NCBI RefSeq assembly: GCF_009914755.1
Contig: NC_060932.1
DNA length: 64,000 bases
DNA from: the human T2T-CHM13v2.0 reference genome, Homo sapiens
Direction: 5' to 3' (one strand)
This document shows, one piece after another, positions 42,392 through 57,248 of this stretch; position 1 is the first letter of the stretch; each line of letters opens with the position of its first letter. The notes under the pieces are model-generated. The model was given only the letters and a program-made list of their open reading frames with translations. It did not search any database and was not told the origin of the DNA. Made by a program: the position numbers and the translations under genes.

Positions 42392-43660
42392 GGAAGTCTG
42401 TTAGAACTGCTGTGCTGATCAACGGGACGCTCCGTCTTTGAAGAAAGAAGAGATGGTCTCTCCCCAGCCATGGGCCACCCTTGCCAGTGACTCCAAGTGG
42501 AACTACTTAGCTCGCGTGTGCCTGGAGGGTGCGGGAAGTCCAGCGACTCTCAGACGCACCTCCCAGAGGACCGGTGGGAATTGTTCATAGTGCCAAAGTC
42601 CTACTACTGCGTTTTCAATGGGTCCTTGTACATAGTTTGCTCCTCTGCCCTAGCCCTCACCTCTTGCTATACTGGAACCGATTTGTACAATGTGGGAATT
42701 TTGTTACCTTTTTAATCAAGGGCAACTTCCTTTTCCAGCACTACCATTGTAAGGTTTTTTTCAGGAGGGAGGGCTAACCACCTTGCTTTTCTCTTTTCTC
42801 TTTTTCTTTTTTTTATTTTTGTTTTATTAATTTGGGGAAAGGGGTGTTAGCATTAGTGCCATGATATCTACTGGATTTTAAGTAGGGAGACTTTATTTTT
42901 AAAGGTAGGTTGAAATTTGGGAGATTTCTCGGCAGGAAGGGCTGAAATCCAGGCCCCTGTCTCAACTTGGAGAGAGGTGACAGACGGCAGATCTTCCAAA
43001 TCAAATTCCTTTCCAGTTCTTCCCCTGGCTGCCTTTTTGGGGGTCCCTGCCTTAGCCCCACACAAGGCTTTCTGAACTGCCAAGAGGGGATCTGGCTTCT
43101 CAACTGCTCGGCCTCTTGGGCCAGGCTGTGCCCAGCCAGCCCTGGGAGAACTGGGTAGCAGGTGGCTGACTTCTTTAAGCACCTTTCTAAATACCAGCAG
43201 AAGAGGCTCCCGCCTCTGTTAGCATGATCAGTACTATTGTGACATTAAAACAACAACAATAAGATCTTCCTATCTGGAGGGTACAGAGGTGAATGGCTTT
43301 GGTTTTCATTTCTCTTCTTCACTGCCTTTTCTCGGTGTGGTATTTGACAAGATTTTAGCTCAAAGCCTCACCATGAATTGATTTTTTTTGTTTGTGTGTG
43401 TGTTTGTTTTGGGACAATTTTAGATACCTGAGTGCACTTTTTCAGTTAGTCCTAACTTTTAAAAGAAGGAAAACCAAGAGACATATCTGGTGTACGTGTT
43501 GCAGTATGAACTCTGGTTGCAATCCCTCCCCGTCCCACACTGCCCCCCATTTGAGTACACCGCACAAGTCAAACGCTAGGAAGTTTGAATAAAACCAATT
43601 TTTCTAACTTGTTGCTCATTTGTTGTAACTCAATAAAGCAAAGACTAAACATTTTTATAA
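42392..43660 (+). other. ZHX2: ZHX2 terminal non-coding exon (3'UTR)
   Basis: Acceptor at 42391, then about 1.27 kb of repeat-free, U-rich sequence ending after two AATAAA hexamers. The 3' end is approximate. Confidence 0.85.
43588..43637 (+). terminator. Tandem polyadenylation signals AATAAA (43588-93, 43632-37)
   Basis: Two canonical hexamers 44 nt apart, an upstream TGTA at 43624, and U/GU-rich sequence downstream. Confidence 0.85.
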
Positions 43661-43807
43661 CCTTTTCCTCTACTTCGCCTTCTTTATTGTCGTCTGGCTC
43701 CCGAGGGCTTGGTGTAAGGGTTCTGACTTGGATACCTCCCGTTTCAAATTCATTTTCCATCCTGGAGGGATCTGACATCGCAAACTGGACTTTAAAAATG
43801 GGACGTA

Positions 43808-44107
43808 GGCCCAGCGCAGTGGCTCACGCTGTAATCCCAGCACTTTGGGAGGCCAAGGCGGGTGGATCACCTGAGGTCAGGAGTTCAAGACCAGCCTGGC
43901 CAACATAGTGAAACCCCATTTCTACTAAAAATACAAAGATTAGCTGAGTGTGGTGGTGTGCACCTGTAGTCCCAGCTACTCAGGAGGCTGGAGAATCGCT
44001 TGAACCTAGGAGGCGGAGGTTGCGGTGAGCCAAGATGGCGCCACTGCACTCCAGCCTGGGCAGCGAGAGTGAAACTTTGTCCCCTCCCTCCCCCCACCGA
44101 AAAAAAA
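43808..44107 (+). mobile_element. AluSx-like just downstream of the poly(A) site
   Basis: Dimer with a small internal deletion. Confidence 0.9.
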
Positions 44108-44419
44108 CTGGATGTAAGTGTTGTAGGAATCTTCAGCAGATCTCATCGACACAGAGAAGGAAGGTATAGGCCCTTCCTTCTCCCGGGTCTCACAAATAGA
44201 TTCATAAAATAGTCAAGAGAAGAGCTTCAGAGTGGGAATGAGAAGCCCCTCTGTGCACAGGCTCGCCCTTGGATGACCTGAGCTAAGTCGCTCCCCCTCC
44301 CTGGGCTGCTGGCGAGTGGTAGCTGGGGCACTGCCATTTCTCTGAGAAGGTGGCTTTTAAGTATCTCTGCCCTGGTGAGGTTTAAAGAGTCCCTCACTCT
44401 TCACACCTGACACTCGTCT

Positions 44420-44556
44420 AGACCAGTGGTTCTCAAACATGAGTGGGCACCAGCATCACCTGGAAGGTTGGTTAGACTGTCTGATCGGCATGTCTGGGGT
44501 GGGAACCGAGAATGTGCATTGCTAACAAGTTCCTCACCTTGGGAACCTCTGGTCTA
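44420..44556. mobile_element. MER5A-like MITE (internally deleted)
   Basis: tctagaccagtggttctcaaa..gggaacctctggtctaga inverted ends. Confidence 0.7.
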
Positions 44557-44928
44557 GATGGTTCATTTTTACGGGAACTTACAGACTTTTGGCCAGTTTA
44601 TCTAAACTTAGCATGTGTTTATTCTACAGATAACGGGAAAGACCCACTTCCCAAAATACAGGAAACACTGAAAAATTCAAGATTCAAAAGGGCCTGGCCT
44701 TCTCTGGGGGATTCCCTCAGTCCCCCATCCTGTGGGCTCCCATGACACCCTCTCTGCACATAGCCCTCACCACACAGCTCTCGGATTCATTTGGTCAGCT
44801 TGTCGATTCCCCCAAGCTGAGAGCAGGGGCCATAGATTTTCCATAACTTTACACCTCTCCAAAATTCCGCTAATTCTCTTTACCACTCAGCAAAGTTGAA
44901 TGTAGACAGCGATTCAAAAATAAAAATA

Positions 44929-45226
44929 GGCCAGGTACAGTGGCTCACACCTGTAATCCCAGCAATTTGGGAGGCCGAGGCGGGCGGATCACTTGAGGCC
45001 AGGAGTTCGAGACCAGGCTAACCAACATGGTGAAACCCTGTCTCTACTAAAAATACAAAAATTAGTTGGGTGTGGTGGTATGTGCCTATAATCCCAGCTA
45101 CTGGGGCTGAGGCACAAGAATCACTTGAACCCAGGAGGTGGAGGTTGCAGTGACCCAAGATCACTCCACTGCACTTCAGCCTGGGCAACAGAGCAAGACT
45201 CCATCTCAAAAATAAATAAATAAAAG
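44929..45226 (+). mobile_element. AluSz/Sx-like followed by a MIR
   Basis: Dimer with (AAAT)n tail. MIR core at about 45245-45400. Confidence 0.9.
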
Positions 45227-45709
45227 TAAAAATCATAGCTATCTTTTTTATTGAGCACTTATTATGGGTTGGGCTTTGCGCTGAGTGCCTTACATACATT
45301 TTCTTATTTTATCTTTACAACCCTGTGAGATAGGTGCCCCCATTTTGCAAATGAGGAAACTGAGGCTTAGGTTTTGTAACAAGCCCAAGAACATGCAGAT
45401 ACTAAGCGGTTGTCATGGGAGCCTACTAATTTTGCCTATTATGTGTCCCTTACCTGCTGCTTCTGGTAAAAGCAGCCTCTTTTCTATGGGAACTGCCCTC
45501 CCCATTCCATGAGGCTGTGCTGTGACTATTGACAGACCTGCTCAAGCAACATGATCCAAGCCTAGCCAATCATAGTTCCCGTCCCCTGGCCCTAGTGATG
45601 GCATGTGGGTCAAGCAGGGCCAACCAAGCCTCTTCTTGAGAGATGGCTGTAAAGAGAAAAAAAGCTCATTCTTTCTGCTTAGGTAGCTAAATTAAGAAGA
45701 TGTGGGCCA

Positions 45710-46032
<323 letters not shown>

Positions 46033-47039
46033 CTATTTTCTCTGCCATGGGGAGGATGTCTCTCTACAAAACATAAAAACTCAGTGAGAAAAGCAAATAT
46101 TTGCTAGTATTACAGTTGTTGGAATATGGCATAGTAGATAAGTTGCTTGAACAAGGAAACACCAAAATGCAGTGTTTGAAACAAGATAAAAGTTTATTTC
46201 TGTCTCAGGCAACAGTCCAGGGTGGGCCATCAGGCAGTGCTCCACAGAGCCATTCAGGGACCCAGGGTGCCAAGCAGCCCTGCTGTCCTCAGCAGGCGCC
46301 TTCCATCTCTAGATCAGAACTGACTGCTTCAATTCCTCATCCACGTGGCCAAAAGTCCACTTCTACATTCCAGCCCTTGAGAAACAGGAGAGCAAGAACT
46401 TCAGTTTTAAGGTCATGAAACAGAAACTGGTCACTTCAGTTCCTATCCTATTGGCCAAAACCTAGACATGGTGACACCTCAATGGAAAGAAAGTTGGGGA
46501 TGTAGGCTCTGGATAGGTGGCCAAGAACCAACAGAGAAGGGGCTCTGTATCTGAAAGGAAGAAGGGGAGAGTGGATATCAAGGATAGAGCAATCTCAGGT
46601 CAAGTTTACCTCCACCCTCCCCAGTTACATGAGCCCAGAATGAACTATTTATGTTTTCAGCTGGTTTACTAGGGTTTTTGGAACTTAAAACCAAAAATCA
46701 TGATCAATATAGTCTTGAAGCCTCAGTCTCCCTGACTGGTGCTCTCAGGGGCTGCAGGGGCTGAATCACAGAGGAGAGGGTCCTGGAGTAGATAGAATGG
46801 AAGGACTGGCAGGTGAGTGCAAGATCACATCTAAAGAGGGCTTATTTGGAGTGTCAGACCCACTAGATGAGAAATGGGAGACAAAGAAAGAGGTCTTGAG
46901 CAAAGGGCCCCAAGTCCACATTGAGTCAAAAGGATGACAACAGGTGAGTTTCAGCCTTCTGCCATGAGCGAAGTGGGCCCAGGTATGTCTTTATTCCTCT
47001 TGAGTTCCAGTGACATCAAGAAGCAGAAGGTAAGGCAAC

Positions 47040-47260
47040 TAAGTGCACAGGCTCGAGTCACGCTGCCTGAGGTCAAATCTCAGCTCTGCCACTTACTAGC
47101 TGTATGACCTTGGGCAAGTCACTTATTCGCTCTGTGTCTCAGTTCACTCACCTGTAAAATGAGATAATGATTGTGTCTATTCATATCGTGGCAGGTACCA
47201 TGAGTCAGTATAGGGAAAGCATTTAGAATAGTTCCTCGTATCTATTAAATTCTCAGGGTT
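47040..47260 (+). mobile_element. MIR
   Basis: tcaaatctcagctctgccacttactagctgtatgaccttgggcaagtcactt..ctgtaaaatgagataat. Confidence 0.85.
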
Positions 47261-47704
47261 GCCATTGTTATTCCTGGGTGCATAATGCATGGATGGATTG
47301 ACCCAAATTAAAATTATAGGGATTGGACAGACTCCCTCCCCCTTTTTATGAATATCAGCATCTAGCACATTTGTGTTGTTGGAGAGTTCTTGTCCTTGAC
47401 TAGAAGCCTTGCAATCCTGCAGCAGCCATTGACTGTGAGCTCCAGTTGCCTTGGAGATACCTTCCATCAACGTCTATCCTCAGACCTCCCTCACCACTTC
47501 CTCATTCTTTCTCAGTCCCCTGCACTCCTCCAGTCTGTGGCATAGGCAGGATGCAAGGATGTCTTCTCCCTAATGAACTCTTCTCAGTCCCTCTCAAAGC
47601 TCACACTCCAGATGCCACACTCCACCTGGTCCATTCTAAGAGCACCTGATCTCTCTGTTATGATCTCTGCTCAAGTGTCACCTGCCCTCCGTGACCCCCT
47701 GTCT

Positions 47705-47872
47705 GCAGAGGTAGGACTAGGGTGAGTCAAGGAACGCACCTAAGGGTGCAAAGTTTAAGGCAGAAAGGTCATGCAGGTGACAAACCCTGCACTTGCAGAA
47801 GCCTGAAAGTGGGTGCCTGCCAAGATTTCTCATCCTAGGTGCCTCATGTGCCTCACTCTAGCCCTGACCCTG
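47705..47872. mobile_element. Palindromic hAT-Tip100 MITE (MER96/MER91-like) inside L2
   Basis: ggactagggtgag..gcacctaagggtgcaaagtttaagg mirrored by cctaggtgcc..cctcactctagccctgaccctg. Confidence 0.65.
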
Positions 47873-48087
47873 CCTACCCTTCATGCTTTTCTCTAACCAT
47901 GCTTCATTATCTTCCGTCTTGCTTTTCACAACATATCGTCATGTATCTGTTTGTTTTTTGCCTTCTTCATCCCACTATATTGCAAGCTCCATGAGAGTAA
48001 GGACTGTATCTATCTTGTTTCCTCACTGTATCCCCTGTGCCTAGCACTGCATCTGGCACAAAGTAGATGCTCCATAAATATTTGTTA

Positions 48088-48171
48088 ATGGATGGATGGG
48101 TGAATGGATGGATAATAGATGGGTAGATGATGGATAGATTATGAATAGACGGATGATGGATGGATGGATGA
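48088..48171. repeat. (GGAT)n-like repeat at an L2 tail
   Basis: Direct reading. Confidence 0.85.
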
Positions 48172-49807
48172 AGACTGCCAGCTCTGCAGTCAAACAGCCT
48201 GAGTTTGAATCACAGCTCTACTGCTGACCAGTTAGGTGATCTTGTGGGAGTTACTTAGCTTTTGTTGGAGCCCTGGTTCCTCATCTGAGACCTGGAGATG
48301 ATTATACTCACGTAATAGGTTTGGTGTGAGGTTTAACTGAGTGCATGGGAGCAAAATACTCAACACACAATAAGAGCTCTACAAATGTCCATTCCCCTCC
48401 CACCGCTCTATGCAGGGAGTGACATCAACCCAAGCAGTGTGATACCTGTGCCTTTCCATCCCTGGATAGGAAGTTTGTGTGAGAAGGGCAGCCAGGAGGA
48501 AGTCGGATCCAGGTCTAGGAAATGATATTCCAGACATGTGCTTCTGGCATTGGAGACTTTGCCATATGTAGCCAACGCTGTCTTTAGCACCCTCTACCCC
48601 CAAACTCTTCCCTAACCCACAAACATTCCAAAATTCCAACCTGCACTTTTCTTTAAAAAAAGTTAAAGTTGCTGTGGCTAACTCATCTCCCAGTTCCTGC
48701 CTGCACTGCCTTCCCTGCCTGTGCCCCCAGCACCTGAACCTTCCCCAGACCTCATCACCCACATACTGTCTTGTCCTCCCTCCCATTAATGAACATTTCC
48801 AACACTCTCTCCCTTGACAGGTGGCTGCCTTCCCCTCCTGCCATTTACCACCCTTGTGCTTAAGCTTGCCACTCCAAGGCAATTTAAATAAATCTTTCGA
48901 GCAAGATGGTATGAGATGCTATCAAATGCTTGAAGGACCCAAAGAGAAAGCCTTGATAATTGATGGGGATGAAAATACAATGGGAAGATGGGTGTGCTCT
49001 TTTAAACACCCAGCAAAATATGTCAAGATATCTTCCTCCACTGGAAATGATTAAAGAGTGGCAGAAACTAGGAAGGAGGTTCTTAGGGGGAATAGAGGGG
49101 CAGGATTCTTGGTGAGGTGGAAGAGAGTGGTGGGGTGGAGCGACCATCTGCTGCTGCTTCTGTCTGCCCTATACCTCTTGAACTCCTTCTCTTCCTTGAG
49201 GATGTACTCATATCTCCCTCCACTCATCTCATTCTTGGGGCTTCCCATCATGGTGACCCACTCTCCGATCTACAGCAGTGACCCACGGCACTCTAGTACC
49301 CTATTCAGGGACAGGTACAGTACCACGCATAAGACCCAAACAGCACCAAGTCAGATACTGGGAGGAAGAGCTTCCTTTCCCATTTAGATGGTAAGTGCAA
49401 TCATGTTAGCTTGGAACCACCAGTGGCCAAAGCCCCTGCCAGGGAGAGGAAGCCAGTCCTTAAGTAGAGAGAATGGGGCCACAAACTCAAGAGGCAAGGG
49501 AGCAATAAAGGATGGAGCAAGGGATGATGATGGTGGCGGTGATGACGGCAGTGGTGATGACAATGTTGATAATCATGTGAATCCCTGGAGCCTGCCATTC
49601 CTAAGGCCAACTCCTTGTCTTTCCAGTTTCATAAAAACCAACATATTTTCCTTTTTAGCTTAAGCTTCAAATCTTTTGAGTTGGGTTTCTGTCACCAGAA
49701 ACTCAAAGAGTTCTGGTGGGTTAATGAAATTATGAGATAAAAATGAAAGGAAAGACAGCAATTGTAAATAGCCATGTTGGCTAGTGGCTTCAGTATTGGA
49801 TGGTGCG

Positions 49808-49982
49808 GTTCTTAGTCCTTGCCATTCAAATGTGCTCCTGAATCAGCAGCATAGGTATCACCGGGAGCTTGTTAGAAATGCAGTATCTTTGGCCCCTATG
49901 CCAGACCTGTTGAATCAGATTCTGTAATTTGACAGGATCCCCAGATGATTCGTATGTTCAGTAAAGTTGAAGAAACCCAGCT
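49808..49982. mobile_element. MER5A-like MITE
   Basis: cagcagcataggtatcaccgggagcttgttagaaatgcag..gacaggatccccagatgattcg. Confidence 0.75.
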
Positions 49983-50978
49983 CTGAAGACACTAAATGGC
50001 TCCTCCCCAACCTCCTCCAGCACACTAAGGGATGGGTGGCAAGTCTAATAATACATCACTGGCCTGTCTGCAGAGGGTAGACCCTAGGGCCTGGGAACAG
50101 GGAGGCAGAGGAAGAACAGGGCAGAAAGAGCATGGTCCACCAGCTGATGACACACTTGTCCTTCTAGGCCACCTGGTGCACAGCCACTTCCAACCAACAG
50201 TGCTTGGAAAGGATAGCTCTCACTGACCTGTCACAATGCAACCCAGAGAGAACCAGGAAAGATGTCAGCTCCCTCCTTCTAATCGCTGAAAGCTCCTGTC
50301 TCCAACATCTCACAGCTGGACATACGTATAAAGCACAGCAGAAAAATTATCATTGCCCTGGGCAGGGGAAGGGGGTTGATCGATAAAAATGAATAAAAAA
50401 CACTTCATGAGCACATCCCATGACATGCTGCAAGTTGAGTATCCTGTAGAGTGTAGGAGGCATCCTGATCTTGACTTTGAGAAACTTAAAATCAGAGGGA
50501 GACCAAAATGTTCACCAGTAATTCTGAAACCTTCATCCATAACAAGCCCCCAAAGCACTACAGACTGCCTTAATCTGGATCCTTGCAGGAAAGAAATTGA
50601 ACACTTACAATGGGTAAACTGGGAGTGGTTTATTAAAAAGGATTTTTATAAAGGTGTGAACAGGGTTTAGAAAAACTAACAAGGGAAGATGCAGAAAGCC
50701 TGGCTTGAAGGGACAAGGGATGGACAAAAGATGCCAAATGCACACTAAGCTTGCCGTCATACCCCACTCCACACCCACAGCAGATATTAATGATCAATCA
50801 AACTACCTTCGCCTGCTGGACTTGGTCAGGTCTTCATGATACTTAACACAATGCTCCACCACAAATCTATTAACCTTGGAACATGAGATGAAATATGTGA
50901 TGGATGCCATTGGTTGCCCAACTAATATCCATCCCCCTATCCTTCCTTGCCAACAGAACCAAGATATTCCTCAGGCAG

Positions 50979-51392
50979 TGTCTTCATCTACTTGTGCTGC
51001 TATAAAGGAATAGTTGAGGCTGGGTAATTTATAAAGAAAAGAGGTTTATTTGGCTCATGGTTCTGTAGACTGTACAAGAAACGTGGTGCTACCATTTGCT
51101 TGGCTTCTGGTGGGGGTCTCAGGTTGCTTCCACTCATGGTAAAAAGTGAAGGGGAGCTGACTGTGCAGAGATCACATGAAGAGAGAGGAAGTAAAGTGGG
51201 GAGGGATGTCAGCTCTTTAACCAGCTCTCAGAGGAACTAATAGAGCCAGAACTCACCACAGAGATAGCACCAAGCCATTAATGGCGAGTCCACCTCCATG
51301 ACCAAAACATCTCCCATTAGGCCCCACCTCCAACATTAGGGATCACATTTAAACATGAGATTTGGAGGGGTCAAACAAACCAAACTATAGCA
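50979..51392 (-). mobile_element. MSTB-like solo LTR nested in an older MLT1 LTR (~50897-51700)
   Basis: TG..CA ends, TSD ggcag/gacag, and gggtaatttataaagaaaagaggtttatttggctcatggttctg. Confidence 0.85.
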
Positions 51393-52130
51393 GACAGTAG
51401 CATACCCATGCCCAGGTGAGAAACTCAGTTTCCCAGCTTCCCTTTCAGCTAGGTGTAGTTAGTGAGACATCACCAGAAGGCCACTGAATAGTTGGTGCTA
51501 CTCTCCTTCTTTACTTTTTCTTGTCTTGTATGCATTTTGTGATCTCGAGACTGAGTTCTTTTTGACTTTAGAGTCCATGACCAAGTGCTGCAGCTTCCTG
51601 TTTCCAAACTTCTTGATATGTGAGAAAAGTAAACCCCTATTTGTTTAACCCATCACTCAGTGAATTTGTTTAACACATGCAATCAGATGCACTCATAATT
51701 AACACAAATCTATCTGCCATCCCTGGGCTAGATAGATATAAATCCTTTCTCTCATACATGCATTCATTTATCCCTATACTAACTGCCATGGTAAGATAAG
51801 TCAGGCATATACATTGCCTACACAAGGAAATTTGATCTATGTTTGAGGGATGAGTTTGACAAGTGGATAAATCAGAGGAAGGCACAAGAAGTATAAATAA
51901 GGGTATATACAATTTCAGAATTTTAAATAATAGGAATCCAACAAGCAGTCTATAATGTGTAACAAAAGAAGAAACCATCAATTTTGAGCAACGAGTTTTG
52001 GAAAACAATCAAGTCACCCTGACTCAAATCTGGTAAGAAAAAAACAGAAGTGCTTATCTACTTGGAAAGAACCTGAAAAATAGCCAAAGAATTATGCTAT
52101 GAGTTTTTATGATGGGAAATCAGAAAGTGA

Positions 52131-52457
<327 letters not shown>

Positions 52458-54579
52458 TGAGATTTCTCAAAATAAGTAAAATATCATTTAAAAAAAAAGA
52501 TGTAAAGTGAAAAAACATACATTTGAGGTTCTTTAACTTGGACTTTGCTTCCCATAGCTAAGTTTGTGTCACAAACCTTGGAATCGGATTCTTCTCTCCA
52601 AATTTATTCTCCAGCTCCTCCTTACTCAACCTCTCCTTCTCACTGGTCTGCTCATTTATCAACGAACATCCCTTAGGTTGATGCAGTTTCTCTTCTTAGA
52701 ATGCTCATGCCTTCCCCTTTTCTTGCCTAAATTCTACCTAATTCTTCCAGTTCTACCAGACCAAATAAAGGTGAATACGGGGTGACAGAGAAACTAGATT
52801 TAAGAAAGACATATATATTCCAACTGGCTCTCAGGGAACTCTGTTCCTCTGAATTCCTGGAGCAATTACCACTGATAGGATTTATTTAGTTCTAATCATA
52901 TATGGGTTTAGTTGTTTAATCTTCTCTCTCTGTGAGGATCCTCCTGGTCAGAAGGTGTGCTGAACATCAGTTTTCATCTCTCCAGCGTCCCTTCCCTCTC
53001 TCTTTTAGTAGCAATACACATACCCCTCCCCATTGGAGAAGTCTTCTAAGGCCCTGTTCTTTCCCTGTTTCAACTAAACACTGCTGGTGTGGCAATTATG
53101 ATTGTCTGTGTGTCTGTCCACCATATGAGCCAAGGACCAGGTCTTTGTCTTTGTACGCTAACATTTAAAGCAAGCATACATTCAATCGTGAGTTGTATAC
53201 ATACATCTGTACCAGCAATACTAGGAGTTTAATTAGACTAGGGAATGATAGTAAGGTATTTGAAAAAAAAAATAACTTGTGGGAAAATACCCATGATAGG
53301 ATAAAATAGATTAATGTTCATAAACTTCCTCCCTTCACCTCACCTGCCCAAGAGAACCTCTCACTGACAGCCCGATTCCCCTTTCTCCCCCATCTCACCA
53401 ACATAGCACTGCCTGGATTTTTGGAGTGCAGAGTCAGAGTAAGCAAAGAAGGACAGCACCAGAGAGGTGGGATGAGAAGTAGAAGGACACTGAGAAAAAG
53501 GTTAATCAATCTACCTAATAAAAAATGGAGAGAGAAAAGAGAGGATGTTCAGGAAGTAGAAGTCACTGGGGCTGCTGGCAAAAGAAATAATTCTTCAAAG
53601 TTTTGGTTAATAAAGTCCTTCAGAGTGCGGGATATGAGAAAACCCGGCAAGAATCCAAAGAGGATGAAGACATGCCATGGATTAAACATGGAAGCCCGTT
53701 GAATGTCCTTTCAGAAAGATGAGGGAAAAAAATAAATTCTCTTTTAATGAAGTTTTGGCTTATTTGAACTGTGCCTCTATAACTGCTTCTAGGACTGGAT
53801 CACGGGGGTCACAGCTTCAATAGTGCTACACAAGAAAGTCATCGCAGTACACGTGAAATGCAACTGGAAAACCAGCTGAAAACATATCCTGCTATCAATA
53901 GGATACACCTCATCACCCATTTCCATGGCCCATAATCATCCCCACTTTTGCCCATACTGTCCTCTGTCTGGTAGAAATTCTTCTGAACCGTGGAGTAGTC
54001 AGAAACACAGTTAAACAGTAGAGGACATGTGACTTTCCATCATCCCATGAACTATCCATGGTAAGGCCACCCCAGGATTCATGGGCTCTGAATTCTGGCC
54101 TCTGTTTTACCATTCATGGGTTCCATGACTCTGGACAAATCAGTCACTTCCCCTCATTGAGTCTCAGTTTCCTCATTTGAAAAATGAGAGGGTTTAGACC
54201 AGATGACCATGAACAGTTCGTTCTGACTCCGAGACTCTCCTGTGTAGGAGCCTGGACCAACACACCTCTGCAAAGTATCCAGGCTTCAGTTTCCTCCCTT
54301 TATCCTCAACCAAAGCCTTTGGGGGAGTTTTTAGGACAGCAGGGAGTTAAGTAAGCTTCTGGGCAATAGCACTAAATCTTTTGAGCAAAGATTGTCAGCA
54401 AGCCCCCCTGGGGAACTTTGAAGAAGCATCTGTGTCCATAAACAGTGTTTAATTAAAAAGCAATGTACAACAGAATGGAAAACTGAAAAGTAGGCTGTGG
54501 AGGAATATTTCTCCAAACCCAGAACATACCACTCTGTATCTCTCCTCAGACAAGCTACATCCACAATGCCATCTGTTTC

Positions 54580-54580
<1 letters not shown>

Positions 54581-54626
<46 letters not shown>
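54581..54626. repeat. (AC)23 microsatellite
   Basis: Direct reading. Confidence 0.97.
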
Positions 54627-54629
<3 letters not shown>

Positions 54630-55965
54630 TTGTTTGGGGTCATTTAAGTTTCCACCTGCTCTGGAAAGACAGCTGCCCTTGCTCTGTGCCTGGACAGTCT
54701 TCTAGGCTCCCAGGACGCCATCTCCACCCAACAGAGGTGGGTGAACCTTCCAGGGTCAACATGAGAACCAGGCTGAGAGCTGGGTTGGCCTTAGCAGGAT
54801 ACATTTCTCTCCAAGGGATTTTTAAATCCATGTGTGTTCCAGAGGAAGTTTTACATGGTGCTTCTGCCCCCCTTGTGTGCCAGATCATCAGCATATTGTG
54901 TAAGAATGGCTAGGGCTCCAGGAAGGACGCACTCCCATAGAACTTTAAAACTTTGATCCCCTGCCTTGGGAAACTGCATAATTTTCCACATCAGACGAAC
55001 AAAGTTTGGACTTCAGCACTCTTCAAGACTGGATTCAGGAATCTGCCCAAAGACACATATCTAGTAAGTGTCAGAGCCAGGATTGAAACTGATTGGTTTC
55101 AGATTTCTCTGAAACCAAAGCCCAGACATTTAACCACAATATTCTAGCCACTCATCAAGTGGTTGTCATGGCTCAGAACTAATTACAACATTGGTAACAG
55201 CACAGGGGAGCACATACGTTCAAAACGGGCCGACATATTGGCATATGTGCCCCGGGTGTTATATCCCCTGAGGATTTCTTCAAACACTTCCAGTCCAGGA
55301 GAGTGGATAGTCTTCCTTTGTAGGAGTCTTTCTTTCATGTTTGTGGTCATGGAAGGCTGAGTGGGAATGGGAGGCATGGGCTGGAGACAGCCTTTCAAGG
55401 AGGCTTGAAGAGGAATAAAAACAGACTTTAAACAACGCGGGTATCAAATGACTTTAAAGATCAACTCCGGTTTACTCCTAAGAATGAAGGACCAGGAGAC
55501 TAAAGGAATTTGAAATCCACATCATGACCTGTAAAACTTTGCTTTATGTGATTGCTTAATTCAACTGCCTCCCTAAACCAATTTTTCAATTTCTTCTCCT
55601 CATCACTTGAAGAAAGTTGAAAAAGGTGATGGAATGCCCAGTCTCTGTCTCTGGCAGAATTCTCACACACTGTTTTATAGTTATTCATCCATGTGACATA
55701 AGGTAAAGATCTTAACTTATTTATATTTATATCTTCAACATCTAACACATCATAAGGCTCTTGATAAATATTAGAGGTGGGAAAGAAGGAAATTTTGACT
55801 GGAAGGATATAAATAAAACAAGGATTTATATAACTCACATAAAGTTAGCAACCAAGAGTAGTACATAAATTTAAGATTTTTCTTATATAAAAACCAAGAG
55901 TGATATGTGGTCTTGAATGGATCCTGGTTTGAACAGACCAATTGTAATTGTAAAAGACATTTAGA

Positions 55966-56270
55966 GGCCGGATACAGTGGCTCACGCCTGTAAACCCAGC
56001 ACTCTGAGAGGCCAAGGCAGGCAGGAAGCCTAAGGTCAGGAGTTCAAGACCAGCCTGGCCAACATGGTGAATCCTCATCTCTACTAAAAATACAAAAATT
56101 TAGCCAGGCATGGTGGCACGCGCCTGTAGTCCCAGTTATTCAGAAGGCTGACGCAGGAGAATAGCTTGAACCTAGGAAGTGGAGGTCGCAGTGAGCTGAG
56201 ATCGCACCACTGCACTTCAGCCTGGGCGACAGAGAGAGACTGCATCTCAAAAAACAAAAACAAAAAAAAA
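55966..56270 (+). mobile_element. AluSx-like within an old L1M 3' end (~55890-56580)
   Basis: Full dimer flanked by aaaagaca direct repeats. Confidence 0.9.
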
Positions 56271-56960
56271 GACAGTTGGACATTTGGAGGTCAATGGAGA
56301 AATTTGAATACAGATGAATCTTAGATAATATTAGGAAATTATTATTAACTATTAGGTGTGTTGATGGCACTGGAGTTGTGTAGGAAAATGTCCTCATTGA
56401 TCCATAATGAAGGGATGAAATGTCATGAGAAATATAAAATTTACCTTTAAATATTTAAAATATTTCAGAAAAAAATGATGGAAGATTAGTAATGGTTAAA
56501 TCTAGGTAATGAGTATACAGGTGTTTCTTACAGTATTCTCTTTGCCATTCTGTACACCTGAAAATTTTCATAATACAAAATTCCAATAAAGCAGTTTGCT
56601 AACATAAACACAGTGCAATTATCAAATTCAGGAAATTATCGTTGCTGCAATTATCTTATGTACAGCCTATATTCCAATTTTGCCAATTGTCTAGTACTGC
56701 CTTTATGCCAACTTTTTATTTCCAGGATCCAATTCTGAGTCACGTTTTGCATTTACTCGTCATGTTTCTCTGCTTTCCTCCAGTCTGAAACAGTCTCTTG
56801 ACCTATCTTTGTTTCTCATGGCCCTGACATTTTTAAAGAATAAGGCTCACTGTTTTGTAGAATGTCCCTTAATTTGCAATTATATGGTTGTATCCTCAGG
56901 ATTTGGTTCCCAAATACTACAGGACTTTTGCAGGAGTACTACATGTAGTGACCTTCTCTC

Positions 56961-57248
<288 letters not shown>

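Noticed and set aside
48379-48882. 167-aa minus-strand ORF downstream of ZHX2
   Set aside because: No recognisable protein features. Intergenic and adjacent to repeats.
49520-49575. His-rich / Asp-Gly-rich small ORFs
   Set aside because: Degenerate (GAT/GGT)n low-complexity tract.
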